Assembly: GCF_004010195.1 (NCBI RefSeq)
Contig: NC_057750.1
Location: 14,487,221-14,551,220 of the forward strand
DNA from: Chiloscyllium plagiosum
Taxonomy: Eukaryota
DNA: 64,000 nucleotides
Reading direction: 5' to 3'
A program made the position numbers and the translations under genes. The notes under the pieces are model-generated. The model was not told the DNA's origin, ran no database searches, and worked only from the letters and a program-made list of their open reading frames with translations. Positions 39,994 to 53,138 of the stretch are shown here, one piece after another. How positions within the stretch are numbered: position 1 is the first letter of the stretch; each line of letters begins with the position of its first letter.

Positions 39994-41085
39994 TTACCAA
40001 ATCTTTGATTAAAAAGCTATGATATTTTTCAGGATGTTTTAGTATGTTGTAATTACTGTCTACATACAATTTTTTTTAAATTATTCTTTATAATCAAAAT
40101 TAAAATGGGTGTAAATCACTACAAGCAGTCAGCACCACAGGAAACACTTGACACATACTAGCAATCTTCCCTCTATTGATGTTCAGTGCTGGCAGGTACA
40201 TAGTCTGGATTTATAATAAGATCATTTTATCTTTTATCAGTCATTGTTCATTGCAATTGAATTAATCTTTTAATTTTTACTTATGAATGTACAACGTAAG
40301 GGCCCCTTGAGCCAGCTTCACCATTCAATAAAATCATGCTTGATCTAATTGTGATCTTAACTCCACATTCATACCTGCCCCAACACCCTTACATTCTTGA
40401 CTAACAACAAAGTTAATCTATCTTTGCCTTAAAAATATTCCCAAGGCCCATCTAGACTGCTGTCTGAGGAAGAGCTCCGAAGGCTCTAGGTCCTCTGAGA
40501 GAAAAGATTTCTCCTCATCGCTGGTTTAAATAGCAGCACCCTTATTTTTAAATTCTGCCCCTGGTTTTAGACTTCCCACAAGGGAAAATATCCTTTCCAG
40601 CATTCACCATGTCAACTCCTTTCAGGATCTTTTATGTCTCACTAAGAATTTTGACTAGTATCAGCTTGGCTCAGTTAAATGGCTGTGGTTTTAAGTGTCA
40701 CTCAGGTATATAGTCTGGGGTGACACATGCAGACTAAGGTTGTACAAAGTGTCAGAGCTACCATCTTTCAGAGAGTATATTAAACCAATACACCTGTTCA
40801 GATAAAAGAATCCTACGGTAGAGTCTTCCTGATGTTCTGGCCAGCACTTCTCTCATATCAACAAAGTGGCATTGCTCATGTTGCAGTAGTGACTATGCTT
40901 CAAAAGTACTTAAATAAAACCTGAACATACTCAGCAGGTCGAACACAGTTAGTGGAGACATCAACATAACTGGGACTTCAGTTCAATGGCTTTTCATCAC
41001 GAATTGTGATTTCTGACAAAAGGTCTTCAGCCTAAAGCATCAACTCTGTCTCTCTCCACCAGTCTTGCTGAGTATCTACAGCATT

Positions 41086-41397
41086 TTAGATTAGATTATT
41101 TACAGTGTGGAAACAGGCCCTTCGGCCCAACAAGTCCACACCAACCCGCCGAAACGCAACCCACCCATACCCCTACATTTACCCCTTTTCTAACACTACG
41201 GGCAATTTAGCATGGCCAATTCACCTGACCTGCACATCTTCGGACTGTAGGAGGAAACCGGAGCACCCGGAGGAAATCCACACAGACACGGGGAGAACAT
41301 GCAAACTCCACACAGTCAGTCGCCTGAGGCGGGAATTGAACCCGGGTCTCTGGCGCTGTGAGGCAGCAGTGCTAACCATTGTGCCACTATGCCGCCC
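41086..41397 (-). mobile_element. tRNA-derived shark SINE (HE1-like), reverse orientation
   Basis: Close reverse complement of 35734-36045 from TTAGATTAGATT to GCCGCCC. Confidence 0.9.
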
Positions 41398-41765
41398 ACA
41401 ATTTTCTATTTTTATATCAGATTTTGAGTATTCGCATATTTTGCTCTTCAAAAGTAGTTACGCTGACTGGGATTCTCACAGGACCACTGTGAAAAAATGA
41501 CAGGTTTCTACTTGTAGAACACCTGTCATTTATGAAGGCTGCTTTGCAAAATGCATGACTGACAAATTAGCACTAATACTTTTGTTCTGCATTCTTCTTA
41601 ATAAATTACACATAGCCTCCTAGTACACCGTTTGGACGCCTGTGGAAACAAGCCAGCAAAAGATCTGGCTGGCTAACTGGCATATCCTGACAGAATAAAC
41701 CTTAAGAATTTGACGAGTGCGAGCAGTTGTCACATTATTGTCACTGTTCTTTTCACATATGACAG

Positions 41766-42008
41766 GTGACACAACTGGAAGACGAAGAAGACTTGGAGGG
41801 AACAGGTTTTGAGGATGATATGGTTAGCGCTGGTTTTGGAAATGGAAATGGGAATGGAGATGAAGAGGAGGAAGAGGACGACGAGGATTCATTGGTTTAT
41901 TTTGTCCTTGAAGAAAGTACAGGTTATATGGCACCAACACTGAAAGCCCTCTCCCTTCTTCACACCCTACTCTCTTTTCTCTGCATTATCGGATATAACT
42001 ATTTGAAG
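41766..42008 (+). CDS. RYR1: RYR1 exon (~ex95): acidic luminal loop and S2, ...[34 protein letters not shown]
   Basis: tgacag|GTG...AAG|gtaagt; 243 bp. Confidence 0.94.
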
Positions 42009-43239
42009 GTAAGTGTCAAGAACTTGAAAATAAAGTTAGTGTTCTACTTATTTTTCCGTAGCGCAAACATGCATGATTAACAGTCATAATTTAGCAATAA
42101 GCTAGGCAGATTTTTCAAATGCAGGTGATCAATAAGTTTATTGTTTCAGAGTTATTTCAGAGTTTTCATTGTTTGTCCAAACCTCAAAACTGTCATCTGA
42201 TTGGAGCAAATTGTGTTAAATATTTTGGTTGTACTTAAGAGTGTCAGTATCCAGAGGTTGTAACTTTTACATGCTTGGACAAAGAGAATACATAGGAATG
42301 CATTGAGATACAATCTGGAATGCAGTGTCTGAAACTAAAAAATGGTCGAAAGCAGATTCAATGGTGACAGTTGAAAGGGAATTATCTGGAAGTTTGTGGG
42401 TGTCATTGGCTAAGCCAGCATTTATTGTCCATCCCTAATTGCCCAGAGGGCAGTTAAGAGTAAAACACATTGCTGTGGGTCTGGAGTCATACGTAGGGCA
42501 GATCAGGGAAGGATGGCAGTTTCCTTCCTAAACGGCAATAGGAAACCAGAGGGATCTTTTCAAGGCAATCAGCAATGGTTGCATAGTTGCCATTAGACTA
42601 GTGACATTTTTAAATTAGAGATTTTTATTGAATTTAACTGTCATTATCTGCCGTGGGAAGATTTAAACTCTTGTCCCCCAAACAGTAGCCCTGGACAGCT
42701 ATTACTGTTACATCATCACCTCCCCAATGTCTGCAGGAAAAGGGCAGGGAAATGCAAGTGGAAGTAGTAACTCACATCTCTGCCTGATTGGATCCCTAAA
42801 GGTTCTTTAGTTTTAGGCTAATGGAGTTACACTCCTGGCCAAAAGGACTTAAAGGGTTTCAGTGGAGCAGGGTTTCAATCCAGCAATTTGCATAGAAAAC
42901 TCACATCCCCTTTGTTCAGTCTATGAAATATTCACAAGTTCCTGTCCATTCCCACCAGTATTAAACACTGGACTTCTGACCCTAAAAGGTGAGCCTTACA
43001 ACCAGCATTGAAATGGTGCACAAGGTACAGAACACGATGGTCCTTCCATTGTCTGTCAGTATTACGCCTTGGCCTAACTGAGGCCCACAGATTGGATTTG
43101 TGGGAGCTGGGAAGAGGAAGAGCCACCAAGGTAAATATCTAACAGCACTAATTCCCAAGCCTCTGTCACCCTTTACCTGCTGTAGGTCTGCAGAAAAATA
43201 GGGGTACAGAGATGTTGAGAGCATAAATAATAATAACAA

Positions 43240-43340
43240 AGGGCTTTTTGCCCGAAATGTCAATTTTCCTGCTCCTTGGATGCTGCCTGACCTGCTGTGC
43301 TTTTCCAGCACCAAACTCTTGACTCTAATCTCCAGCATCT
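43240..43340 (+). mobile_element. PLE-like terminal fragment starting inside a hammerhead motif
   Basis: GGGC(ttttt)GCCC-GAAA-TGTC then ...cctgacctgctgtgcttttccagc...ctccagcatctgcagtcctcac, shared with the 15166 and 29868 inserts. Confidence 0.65.
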
Positions 43341-45303
43341 GCAGTCCTCACATTCGCCCACTTCAGCCTAAATAATAAGTCCAGTTGGAGAGTTGTCTCA
43401 GCCTGTATCACTTTCTTCCCTGATATCAGGTTCTATGGCCACAACTTTCCAACTAACAGTATTAGTGGGGGATGGGCAAGTTCAGTACTGCTTAACCGGC
43501 TGCCTCCAGCTTCGAAAAAGCTTGCCGAATCCTGAGTCAAGCAACTTGTTTAAGAGCTGGCTGGCATGCTTCTCAGCCTATCACAGGCCTTGACAGCAGA
43601 GACTTACTTCTCCAAAAGCTACAAAAACCAATCAGAAGCCAACAGCTTCTGGGTCATAAAGAGCATCAGTCAAGCTTTATTCTTTAGAGGATTAAGCAGT
43701 GAGAAGGTAAATGTGTTTTCTTTGTTTTTTGAGGGAGAAAGGTGTCAGACACAACCACCCCAGAAGGTTTTCGAAAGCCACCTGCAGGTTGGAGTAAATG
43801 GAACATCCACTCTTCTCCCCCATCACCACTACCCCAGCACCTCCAATTTGGCAGTCAGAATGTCCAACCATTTTCTATTCCTACCAGGAAGGCAGGTAGT
43901 CAGGACAATGGCAAGCTAAATCCTTTTACTGTCTGTCAATTGATCACTTAAAGGCCTTAATTGCTGGCAAGTAAAGAAAGTCCCCATTAGGGTGCCTGTG
44001 GCGCAGTGCTAGTGTCCCTACCTCTTTGCCAGGAGGCCCTGGTTCAAGTCCCACATTCTTTAGAGGTATGTAATAATACCTCAGAAAAGGTCGATTAGAA
44101 AATAATAAGAACCCCCCCCCCCCCCAATAGGCCATTTCACAACCACGTATTTGATGAGATGACAAGAGGGAATCAATGTTTGTCCAGGGTCAACCTGCCC
44201 AATTATTTCTCCTTCCTGCTACCTCCAGGGAGGGTAATAGCCTGCACGCATAGTCTCACTGGTATATATAGTACATCCATCTGCTATGGAACTACATTAG
44301 AGCTGCCACAGTATTATGCAGTGACACAGGTGACTCATCCTGTAATTTCCAAGAATCTTTGCACCAGAATATTGCTATACATCATTTATATGCCAATATA
44401 TAGCATAAATTTCCACTACTCTAAGGCCCACAGTTTACGGAATTCCCTTTTCATTGAACATCATGTCAAGTGTACTGTTACATGCAATTGTTCAAAAGAA
44501 ACAGTTGAAATTAAATATTGTGTGTAAGTTTTACATTCCAGTGAGGTGACTAAACAAGTTGGTTAGGTTTGTCCTTGCATGTTTAAGCTTCTTTAAATAT
44601 TTGAATGACAAGTTACTACAAATGCAAAGAATAGCAGGGAAAAGCCGTTTTGAATGGGTAGGGCAAATAACTTCATCACTGCTTAGAAAATAATTTGAAG
44701 GATTGTGGAATTTTTGGCACAGCGATAGTAGAGGTTACAACGGTGAATTCATTGTTGTATCAGCTACAGAAAACTAAATAAAGCAAGGAAAAGAAAGGCT
44801 GGATTAAGAGAGAAATTAAAAATTGCATTCTTAATGTCTCTTAACAATAGAAATTTGGAGGAATTGGGTGTAACACTTGTAATGTTCAGAGCTAATGTGA
44901 TTGCCTGACAGTAACACTAACACTAAACTAGATTGTTTAAATCTCCTTAGACACAAAAGGGCAAGATTTTCTTTCCTCTGTGGCAAAAGTGCATTTGCAG
45001 CAACTTCATGCAATTCTCTATATTTCAATAGTGAGACAGACAGCAAGACACCATTTTCACAAATCTAACAATGGAATGGCAAACATTAAACAGCAATTTC
45101 TGGGGTGCACATTGAATATTGCGTCTTCTCTAGCCTGAAGTTCCCATAGCTTCAATTTGTAATAACAGTGCACTGTTATTTTGATAAATATTATGGTCCT
45201 TATTGCTATTTGGTGACCCAATCAGCCAAAGATCGTTTTGAAACTCAGCTTTTATGTCATTAAATTAAAATGTAATATCTTTTCATTTTTTTACCTGCCT
45301 TAG

Positions 45304-45435
<132 letters not shown>

Positions 45436-46608
45436 TAAGTGCTGAGAGACTCATAACTTTACTGCATGTCAAAACTGTACTAACAGACAAACGTGCATCA
45501 AATTACAATCGAACAGTTGAGCTCTTTTAAAACTAAGTTATCTGCTACTTATGTAGAAGTTGTATAAGGATGTTTCTGTATGAGCTACTGTTCTCAATGC
45601 ACACTGTCGATCATATTCAGTAATCACAAATGTACTTTTCATTTTATATGTGGAAAGTTGTGGCAGTAGAAACAAAATTTTCCAATATGCAATAAGTGAT
45701 TAGTCACAAAACTGGCTACATACCAATTGCTTTCCTCTTTGCTGTGATGGACATATAGCCAGTATAACTATGCATGTGAGGATCTGTTGGGAAATTCATA
45801 TTGTAGCACTTGAACTGAACACCTCATAGATGACAGCTGGAATACAGTACGAAACCCAGCTAAAATGAAAGGTCAGGATCCCGTAGACCCTCATGACATT
45901 TTGTAAATTTTACCTATTTGTAAGGTATTCTATCCAGAAGCAGAGCTTCTGAAACCTTTTTTATTTTCATTTATTCATGAGATTTGAGCATTTGAGCCAA
46001 CATTTATTGGTCTTAAGAAGGTGGTGGTGGGTTACCTTCTTGAACAACTTAGGGTTTGGCTCAAATGATGAGAAGGGAGTGTTGACCCAGCAACAGTGAA
46101 GGAACAGCAATATAATTCCAAGTCAGCATGGTGTGTGGCTTGGAGGGGAACTCTCACAGGTGGTGGTGTTACTATGCATCTATTGACCTTGTCGTTCAAG
46201 ATGGTATGTGTTGTGGGTTTGGTATCAAAGGTTAGCAGTGCAGCGATCTGTCCTTGTTCTTGCCTCAGAGTAACGTTTGCAGTTTAAAGATAGCTTAAAT
46301 AGCAACTCTCTAATACGCACTAGCTTTTACATATAGTTTTCTTATTTTGTTCACTTTTTCAGGCAACTGTGATGCTGCACTTCATTCATGACAGTCAGCT
46401 AGGGCCATAGATCTTCTGGTAAATTCTCACTATCAGAAGTCTTCTGCCTTGCTGCAGACAAACTTTATATAGAATAGTATCTCAGTCTCTTATTGCCCTT
46501 TTTAATAGTCTCTTCATGTTGTGTCTCATGCACTTGCTAAATAACGGTATTTTAATAGGATCAAGCCTACCTTCATATCAACATGATTTCTGTTGTCATC
46601 CTTTGCAG

Positions 46609-46651
46609 GTCATTCCCAAATAACTATTGGGACAAGTTTGTCAAAAGAAAG
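46609..46651 (+). CDS. RYR1: RYR1 exon (~ex97): SFPNNYWDKFVKRK
   Basis: ttgcag|G...AAG|gtaagc; 43 bp. Confidence 0.96.
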
Positions 46652-47189
46652 GTAAGCTTATACTCTTGAAGAGTAATCACAAACATGCATCAAAATTTAC
46701 TTGTCTTTTTCACAGATACTAAATACCTGCTTCTCATGACAATTTCTCTCTGGAATTAAACAGTTCTAATCAATTTCCATTTTTCCAATGAGAAATGTTA
46801 AGTACAATATAACTTAGACTGATGTTTACCTTCAGTAATGGTGAAGACTGTTTGGTATTTTGCCATGTTATGAATATGACAAACATTCGTAAATCATTGC
46901 AAATAAATCTTGTTATAGAAAAGAAACAGCAAATTTGAGTACTGCTGGTTTGTTGCCCATCCAAAGTTGCCCTCAAACTGAGTGGCTTGCTCAGCCATTT
47001 CAGAGGGCAGTTACTGTGGGTCTGGACTCACCTGAAGGGCAGAACAGCTAAGATTTCCCTCCCTAAGTGATATTCATGAACCAGATGGGTTTTTGTGACA
47101 GTTGTTTCATGGTCATCATTACTGAGACTAGCTTTCAATTCCAGATTGATTAATTGATTTTCAATTCCACCAAGTTGCTGTCCAGTATA

Positions 47190-47363
47190 CAAAGGGACCT
47201 CAATTATCCGGCATTCGATTATCAGAATTTTGGATTATCCAGCAAGATCACAAGGTCCCAATGCTTGGCTAAACTGTGTTATCTAGCATTCAATTATCTG
47301 AATTTCAATTATCCAAACAAAATAATTCCCACCCATGTCATTCAGATAATCGAGGTTCCTCTG
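47190..47363. mobile_element. MITE of Tc1/mariner-pogo type
   Basis: TA TSD (47188-89, 47364-65); TIRs CAAAGGGACCTCAATTATC / GATAATCGAGGTTCCTCTG; internal TTCRATTATC repeats. Confidence 0.8.
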
Positions 47364-47436
47364 TATTACAAGTTACTAGTCCAGTAACAACAGTATGACA
47401 CTGCTTTCCCATATCTGTTGTTTTCTGCTTTCCTAG

Positions 47437-47567
47437 GTACTAGATAAGTATGGTGATATCTATGGCAGGGAGCGTATTGCAGAGCTACTGGGAATGGATA
47501 TGAGTGCCTTGGATGTGACTGTGCCTCAGGAGAAAAAACCAGCAACTGACAACTCGGTTCTTTCATG
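47437..47567 (+). CDS. RYR1: RYR1 exon (~ex98): VLDKYGDIYGRERIAELLGMDMSALDV...SVLS(W)
   Basis: tcctag|GTA...TG|gttagt; 131 bp. Confidence 0.94.
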
Positions 47568-48498
47568 GTTAGTTCTTGCCTTTGATTTACAACGAATATC
47601 TAGCAAAATTAGTTTTTCACTAGCTTCATTCTGTCAAGACGGCTATAAATTTTGGTATAATAATGCAATTGATTGTATGAAATCCAAAATACATATGTTA
47701 GGGCTGCATTTGTTGGGCAAAGCGATAGACCTGTTCAGCAGCTGCAAAGTCAACGGTACCTCGGTCAGGATTCTTATCACCTTCATAATGTAGAACATGT
47801 CTCCATGAGCTGTCAGCCAATTAAAGGGCAGGCAGTTCTTGAATACTGAGTGGGGTCACCAGGAGCAGTGACCAGAGCTCGAATGGAGGAACTATGCTGG
47901 AGGCTTGTGATCATGGAGGTCAGTGAGGGTCTCTTTCCCCAGTTTCCTGCATGTACACACCTCCACCCTCCAAACCTGCAGTAAAGCCGCAGTTCTGCTA
48001 TTAATTGGCTTCTTTAGGGCCTCATTGCAGTTATGGGTGGAAAGGCCATTCTCAATTATCCCTGCTCCTGAGTTAATTGGGATTGTTGACCAAATAGGCT
48101 CTCCACCCCATACTTCCCAGCTAATTGATCTCTGACTCCTTGGATGGCCTCGAGGAAGCATTGCGTTCCACCCATGCAAATAGATTTTGGCTACGAAACT
48201 GCCAGATCAACCTGTTCATTATTGTAATAGCAGATATTACAATGATGAATCTATTACAACAAATGATCTCAATGTTGTGCTATGTGTTTCTGTTTTGTGA
48301 CTGTACAGATTAGTTTTGTACAGGTTTGATTAAAAAGACCGTAATATCCAATCCCAAGGTGAAAGTTGTGAATGCTGAAACAAAAAAATGAGAAAATACG
48401 TTAAAGCTTTACACCTAAAGCATTAACCCAATGTTTTCTTCCAGATAACAGGAAAATTGTGCATTTCCAACATTTCCTTTCTTTCCCTTTGGTTATAG

Positions 48499-48559
48499 GA
48501 TCACATCCTTAGACATCAAATACCAAATATGGAAGTTTGGGGTGATCTTCACTGATAAC
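48499..48559 (+). CDS. RYR1: RYR1 exon (~ex99): ITSLDIKYQIWKFGVIFTDN
   Basis: ttatag|G...AAC|gtaagt; 61 bp. Confidence 0.95.
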
Positions 48560-48856
48560 GTAAGTAGACACACTGCACCTTTATAATTTGTAAAGTGAAA
48601 CATAAAATATTTTGAATCAAACTCACTTTTATCCTTGATGGATATATAGACTGGAAACCAAAGCATGAATTAATCATGCAGGATTTGAAATAGTCATGTA
48701 AGAGCTTTACCTATCAGATCTTGTAGTTCCTCTATCTAATTTGTACATGCAGAGATGAAGAAAGGGGAGGGAAAGTTTTGAAGGGAATACATTTTATTCA
48801 ATGCTTTTCATTTAAAGGGTTATTTTGAAGGGTTACTATTATTGAAGTGAAGTTAA

Positions 48857-49090
<234 letters not shown>

Positions 49091-49203
49091 TAAACTTCAG
49101 ATTAAGCATCTTAAAAGGAGCAGTTTATGTTTTCTGTGTCTTACTTAAGATGTTGATCTCTCCTGTCACAGCCTTACACCTGTATCTCTCTCATTCTCTC
49201 TAG

Positions 49204-49401
<198 letters not shown>

Positions 49402-49519
49402 TAAGACCTGTTACCTGCAAAATAAACCTTCACAAAAACATTAGACCTGTCAGAAATAAGAACATGCTTGTGGAAAGCGGAATGGGATGACTGAACTGCT
49501 ACATCTGGTTAAATAACTA

Positions 49520-49900
49520 TAACAATGTGAAAATTGCTGTGTAGGCAAGGCAATAGAGGCATGTTTTCTGAAATGTACGTCAAGGCTTAGTTAGACAACA
49601 CATATGACAATTGAGAAAGTTTTGAAGAAAGCAGGCCTACAAGAACTTTTACAGATGATCATCAAGAAGCAACTACAATTCTTTGAGCATATACTTAGGA
49701 GAGAGAAACTAGAAAGTCTGGGTGATGCATGATGAAACTGAGGGCAGTAGATACTTGGTGGGGGATTGGAGGGAGAACAAAAGAAGAACCATAGCAACAG
49801 ATTAAGAAGCAGAACAGGTACAAAATTTGAGAATAATGCAAAGATGTTGGCTGTTATCAAGGAACATAAATGTTGGAGGGTCATGATTGTCGATGTAAAA
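49520..49900 (+). mobile_element. Degenerate RTE-clade LINE 3' fragment
   Basis: EKVLKKAGLQELLQMIIKKQLQFFEHILRREKLESL resembles the RTE C-terminal RQL.FFGH..R...LE motif. Confidence 0.55.
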
Positions 49901-51261
49901 GGTGGCAATTGAAGTTGATTAGGTTTGTTTTACTTAAAAATAGTGTCAAATCTTATATAAATTCCTGCTTGGAGACAGACCATTTGCTCAAACAGGTCTC
50001 ATACTGCACAGGAGCTTCCTGTCATCTTTCCTATCACCCTCTTCACAAATCCTCCTATTCCTTTCTCCCTGTACTTAATGAGCTTCACCTTAGAGACGTT
50101 ATATGCTATTCACCTCAGCAACTTCTTGTGATCCCAAGTTCTGCATTCCTAGTAAAGATGTTTTTCCTGAATTCCTTAATGGATTTATTAGTAACTGTCT
50201 TCCCTTAATGGTCCCCATTTTAGGCATGCCACAAATGGAAGCATCTTTTCTAAGTCAATTTTGTCTATGATTTAACCTGAATATCTGTATGACTAAAGCA
50301 GTAACATTACTACTACTGAATGCTGACTTAGCTACTGGGAAGTGCGAAGCACTATTTCGTAACTCGAAATATTGTGGTCAGTACAATATTTTATCACAAG
50401 TGAAAACAGAACAGGCAGTGGTGGCACAACCAGTTCATGTGCATGTGGAGTTGAAAGGACAAATTAGTGTGTCTGGTCACTGTTCCACAGATCAGGTCTG
50501 TTAGTCAGCTGCAGTAGATTAATACAGTAAAATGTTCAGTTAAGTATGTTGATCATGAGCGTAAATGGGATGAACTCTATTCCAGAAGTAGGTATTGCTC
50601 TCATTTATCTGGGGCTCTTATGACATGGTGGTGCCGATGCCAGAAGGTCTGGTTTCACGTCCCACCTGCTGCCGAATTGGGTCATAAAACAGATTGAATC
50701 ATGTCTTTTTTAACTCACGTATCTTCCACTTAGACATAGATATTTTTGTCACAGATATATAGCAGCTTAGATTTTCATTTTATAGCCAGATTTAAAGTTG
50801 CAAGTGGCATGATTTGCTTCAGCCCAGGCTGATGCGGTGACTGTGCAATAAATGCCCAGTCTATTTCTTCTTTCTGTCCACTCCAGGAATTGGTTTGATG
50901 AACCTTTTGTTGCATCTGGTGATTTTCTGGTAATTTGTTTCGAAGCAGACTGCTTCATCTTTGCTCCCATTAAAAGCGTTGGAACCAGACTGTTTGTGTA
51001 ACAAGTATTATTTATGTGTCATCCATGCTTTGTCACTGTTATTGAAAACAAGTGTGATTTTGGAAGTACTTTAACAAGTGATGACAGAATCATTGGGTAA
51101 GGTGATATTTCAATCACTGTGACACTGACCTCATTCTGACAGATCTGTTCAAAAGTGAGATGATTTAAAACTTTTCAAATCTGCCCCTCAGTGAAACTGA
51201 TAGTGTTTCTAAGTTGAAGAGTTCTGTTGTTCTAACCTCTATCCATCTTTCCATTATACAG

Positions 51262-51418
51262 TGCTACCTCTTCCACATGTACGTAGGCGTACGAGCGGGT
51301 GGTGGTATTGGTGATGAGATTGAAGACCCAGCAGGGGATGAGTATGAGCTCTATCGTGTTGTCTTTGACATTACCTTCTTCTTCTTCGTCATTGTTATCC
51401 TCCTGGCTATCATCCAAG
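51262..51418 (+). CDS. RYR1: RYR1 exon (~ex102), pore helix, filter and S6: [52 protein letters not shown](G)
   Basis: atacag|TGC...CAAG|gtatga; 157 bp; GGGIGD selectivity filter. Confidence 0.97.
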
Positions 51419-53073
51419 GTATGACCCAAGGCTTACTACAAGATGAATCACTGGCAACATGTAATCTTGGATAAATAAAGACTGATTCTGAAGTTATCCT
51501 GTAGCTCTAGGGAATAGCATGTCTAACAATGATGTCAATCCCAGCTTCAATCAGTTCTTCAACACTTCTAGCTCATTTTCTCCATTGAAACTGTCATCTT
51601 AACCGAGTCCTCTCCTGTCTCCTCAATCCTGACTTCCGAAAACAAGTGCATGGACTTCTTTGTCATAAAGATGAAAACTGTCTAATCAGCTGCCTTGCTG
51701 CTGCCCTCGTTTTTTCCAGTCCGCAAGCCAGCCAGCCTTCCAAGTTCCCCAGAGCTCCAGCCATGAAGTCACGCCTTTCTTCAGTTTATCCTCTATCTCC
51801 CTCATGCCTTCTCAAAATTGCTGTCCCTGGTAACATTTGAGACCTTTTGCGCCACATCTGACCCCAGCCAAGATGAATTTCTGTTGATGTGCTCATGTAA
51901 TCACCAAGCTGTCTCTGACACCTTCTAGGGTTATTTAACTTTTGGAATGCATATATTCAAAACAAATTAAAGAAATATCTAGTGTAAAGCAACTGATCAG
52001 GTTAATCCTCCCTTCTATAGGTTACTCATTTCTGAAGTCATAATACTTGTGTTTCAATGTGATTTGGAGAGCAAGACCACCAGATAATTATGAATGACCA
52101 AGGCCATTTTACTCATCTTAATAAATCCCAGGAAGAAACATCAACATCCAGTTGTTTCATTAATGTTCCAAGGTTTCACCCAACATACACCGAAAGGAAA
52201 ACAATTTCTTCTCTTGCGCACATCAGTGCTGATCCAGGAATGCCAAATTTCAAAGAGAGCAATAAAGTATGATGCATGAGAAAAGGATGACGATTAGTTA
52301 GTAAGCCAAGTCTAATTGGTGTGGAGAATACCCCAGGCAGTTGTTGAACTTTGGAATTCTTGTGTGTGTCCTGACGAGTGCAGGATGAAAAACTTCAACA
52401 GCAATTTTCATTTTAGCGATTATAATTAGCATCCATCAGTGAGAGAGTTTAATGCCTTTCTGAAGACCAGCACTTTATTTGGACCATGCAGATATTGTCT
52501 TTTTGAAGAGTACATGCACATTGTGTGATTTGTTTTTTAGGGCAGAATTCCCATGGAGGTCTGCCAACCTCTATGCCTTCACTACAGTAGATATTCCACT
52601 GGAATTGTGCTGTTCCTCAAACCTGGAGAATCTCAACAAAAACTCCATACAATTCTCTTTGATTTTCCATTTGCTTCTCTGTGCCCGTCTATCAGCACAC
52701 TGCATTACTCCTTGCTTCCAAGTATTAGTCTTCACTGCACAGTCTGGCTCTTGTTTTATTTTCATTCCCTGCTTATGAGAAAATAGCCAGTAGACCAGTG
52801 CAGTAACTGGGAATGCAGCACCTTGATAGGAGGGAAGGATATAAACACCAGCTTGCTTCCCACCACAATATACATATGTTAATGTATGTGTTATGTTGTG
52901 TTACTAGAATTTTAGAAAAAACATATAAATGCAGTAAATACCTTATAAATGAAAAGCTGTTTCATTCCAGAGAGAAAAAAAATAGGTTTTTGGTGAAGTG
53001 TTTAATCTCTGAATGCTAAATAGAGCTTTGTACGTGTGAAGGATTAACAGTTTGATATTGTTTCCTCCTTCAG

Positions 53074-53138
53074 GTTTGATTATTGACGCTTTTGGTGAGC
53101 TGAGAGATCAGCAGGAGCAAGTGAAAGAGGACATGGAG
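53074..53138 (+). CDS. RYR1: RYR1 exon (~ex103): [21 protein letters not shown]
   Basis: cttcag|GT...GAG|gtagga; 65 bp. Confidence 0.96.

Noticed and set aside
49934..49943. MEF2-like site TTAAAAATAG
   Set aside because: Expected by chance in AT-rich DNA; no clustering or conservation evidence available.
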